Below, piece by piece: positions 17,510 through 18,681 of a stretch of 18,681 nucleotides of DNA. Source of the stretch: an uncultured Spirochaetota bacterium (lineage in GTDB: Bacteria; Spirochaetota; Spirochaetia; SZUA-6; Fen-1364). The DNA lies in NCBI GenBank assembly GCA_963745235.1, contig CAVUXE010000025.1:1-18681 (forward strand), given 5' to 3'. Position numbers and translations under genes: made by a program. The notes under the pieces are model-generated. The model searched no databases and was not told the origin of the DNA. It saw only the letters and a program-made list of their open reading frames with translations. Every line of letters starts with the position of its first letter. The first letter of the stretch is position 1.

Positions 17510-18681
17510 TTACGCGCGTGTCAGGACTTCACGGACCTTTTCTGTCAATGACTTGAACGTGAACGGCTTCTGAATGAGGTCCACCCCGGCGGCGGGAAGA
17601 CCCTGTCCTTTCAGGATGTCACCGGGATATCCCGACATATACAGGACCTTCAGCCCTTTCCTTTCGAGGGCAAGCCTGGCGTACAGCTCCCTGCCGTTCA
17701 TTCCTTCGAGGACCACGTCGGTGATCAGGAGGTCAACCGCACCGGCATACTGCTGGGCAACCCGGATTGCGGAGTCGCCGTCTCTGGCATCAAGCACGGT
17801 ATACCCGCAGTCACGCAACAGGCGGCCGACAAGCCTCCGGATCTGATCCTGGTCCTCTACCACCAACACGGTCTCATCTCCCCGTACCGTCTGCCCGGGG
17901 GGACCGTTGTCCGTCTCACGAGGGGAATCCGCGCTGCGGGGAAGGTAGATTCTGAACCGCGTGCCTTCTCCCGGAGCACTCTGAACCTCGATGCTTCCGC
18001 CGTGCTGCTTCACGATGCCGTACACGGTGGAAAGCCCGAGCCCTGTGCCCTTGCCCCCGCTCTTGGTCGTGAAAAAAGGGTCAAAGATCCGCCGGACAGT
18101 GTCCGCCGTCATTCCCTCCCCCGTATCCGCCACCGTCAGGAGCACGTGCCTGCCCGGCTTCACGTCTTCGTGGCCTTTCGCGTAGGCCTGGTCAAGGTCA
18201 ACCTCGCTCGTCTCAATGGTGAGCGTGCCTCCCATGGGCATTGCATCCTGGGCGTTTGCCGCAAGATTGAGGATGATCTGCTCTATCTGTCCCGCGTCCG
18301 CAAGCACGGGGCCCAGCGGTCCAAAGCGCAACGAGAGGGAAATGTTTTCCCGAACGGTGCGGCGAAGGATGCTGTCAAATCCCGTGATGACCTGGTTCAG
18401 GTCCAGGGGCTTCATTTCCAGGGATTGCCTCTGGCCGATGGCGAGGAGTTGGCGCGTGAGGCTGCGGGAGCTCTCCGTTGCGGAGATTATCTCATCCACG
18501 TGCGCCCCCGAGACGGCGTCCGGGGGAAGCTCCATCTTGAGCAGCTCCGCGTGCCCAAGAATGACGGCCAGCATGTTGTTGAAATCATGCGCCACGCCAC
18601 CGGCAAGGAGGCCGAGGCCTTCGAGCTTCTGCGCAGACAGCATCCTTCGCTCCAGGTCCAGCCGCGCCTCCTCGCTTCGCC
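17510..18681 (-). CDS. hybrid sensor histidine kinase (HisKA-HATPase-REC), 5' end outside the window
   Basis: H-box AGGVAHDFNNML, N-box QIILNLAANAQDAM, DTGEGM, FDPFFTTK, GTGLGL; receiver VLVVED, LLITDVVL, QKPF. Confidence 0.93.
   Translation of the reverse strand, partial: RSEEARLDLERRMLSAQKLEGLGLLAGGVAHDFNNMLAVILGHAELLKMELPPDAVSGAHVDEIISATESSRSLTRQLLAIGQRQSLEMKPLDLNQVITGFDSILRRTVRENISLSLRFGPLGPVLADAGQIEQIILNLAANAQDAMPMGGTLTIETSEVDLDQAYAKGHEDVKPGRHVLLTVADTGEGMTADTVRRIFDPFFTTKSGGKGTGLGLSTVYGIVKQHGGSIEVQSAPGEGTRFRIYLPRSADSPRETDNGPPGQTVRGDETVLVVEDQDQIRRLVGRLLRDCGYTVLDARDGDSAIRVAQQYAGAVDLLITDVVLEGMNGRELYARLALERKGLKVLYMSGYPGDILKGQGLPAAGVDLIQKPFTFKSLTEKVREVLTRA

Noticed and set aside
17510-18681. 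Hybrid kinase as the cognate partner of the enhancer-binding protein
   Set aside because: It is about 14 kb away, separated by unrelated operons, and the bEBP receiver appears to lack the phospho-Asp. Nothing links them.

Overview
GC-rich bacterial chromosomal window; taxonomy cannot be fixed from sequence alone. Many single-base indels, mostly in G/C homopolymers, split otherwise intact genes and look like long-read consensus errors. Left to right: (1) a nucleotide-signalling cluster with a near-consensus sigma54 promoter driving a stand-alone PilZ gene and an unusual Cys/His-domain plus degenerate cNMP-binding protein, a convergent cNMP-HD-GYP gene with non-canonical motifs, and a divergent sigma54 enhancer-binding protein whose receiver lacks the phospho-Asp, followed by a DUF1361-like membrane protein; (2) a TetR-controlled YbhGFSR-like ABC efflux operon with a split ATPase and a TolC gene between the two halves; (3) a secreted hypothetical protein and a 35-bp palindrome-containing tandem repeat bounded by inverted repeats; (4) a TPP-riboswitch-controlled thiamine salvage operon cytX-thiM-thiE-thiL-thiD; (5) the 3' part of a hybrid histidine kinase. 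The best candidate for an undescribed system is the sigma54/c-di-GMP/cNMP module at about 51-3769.
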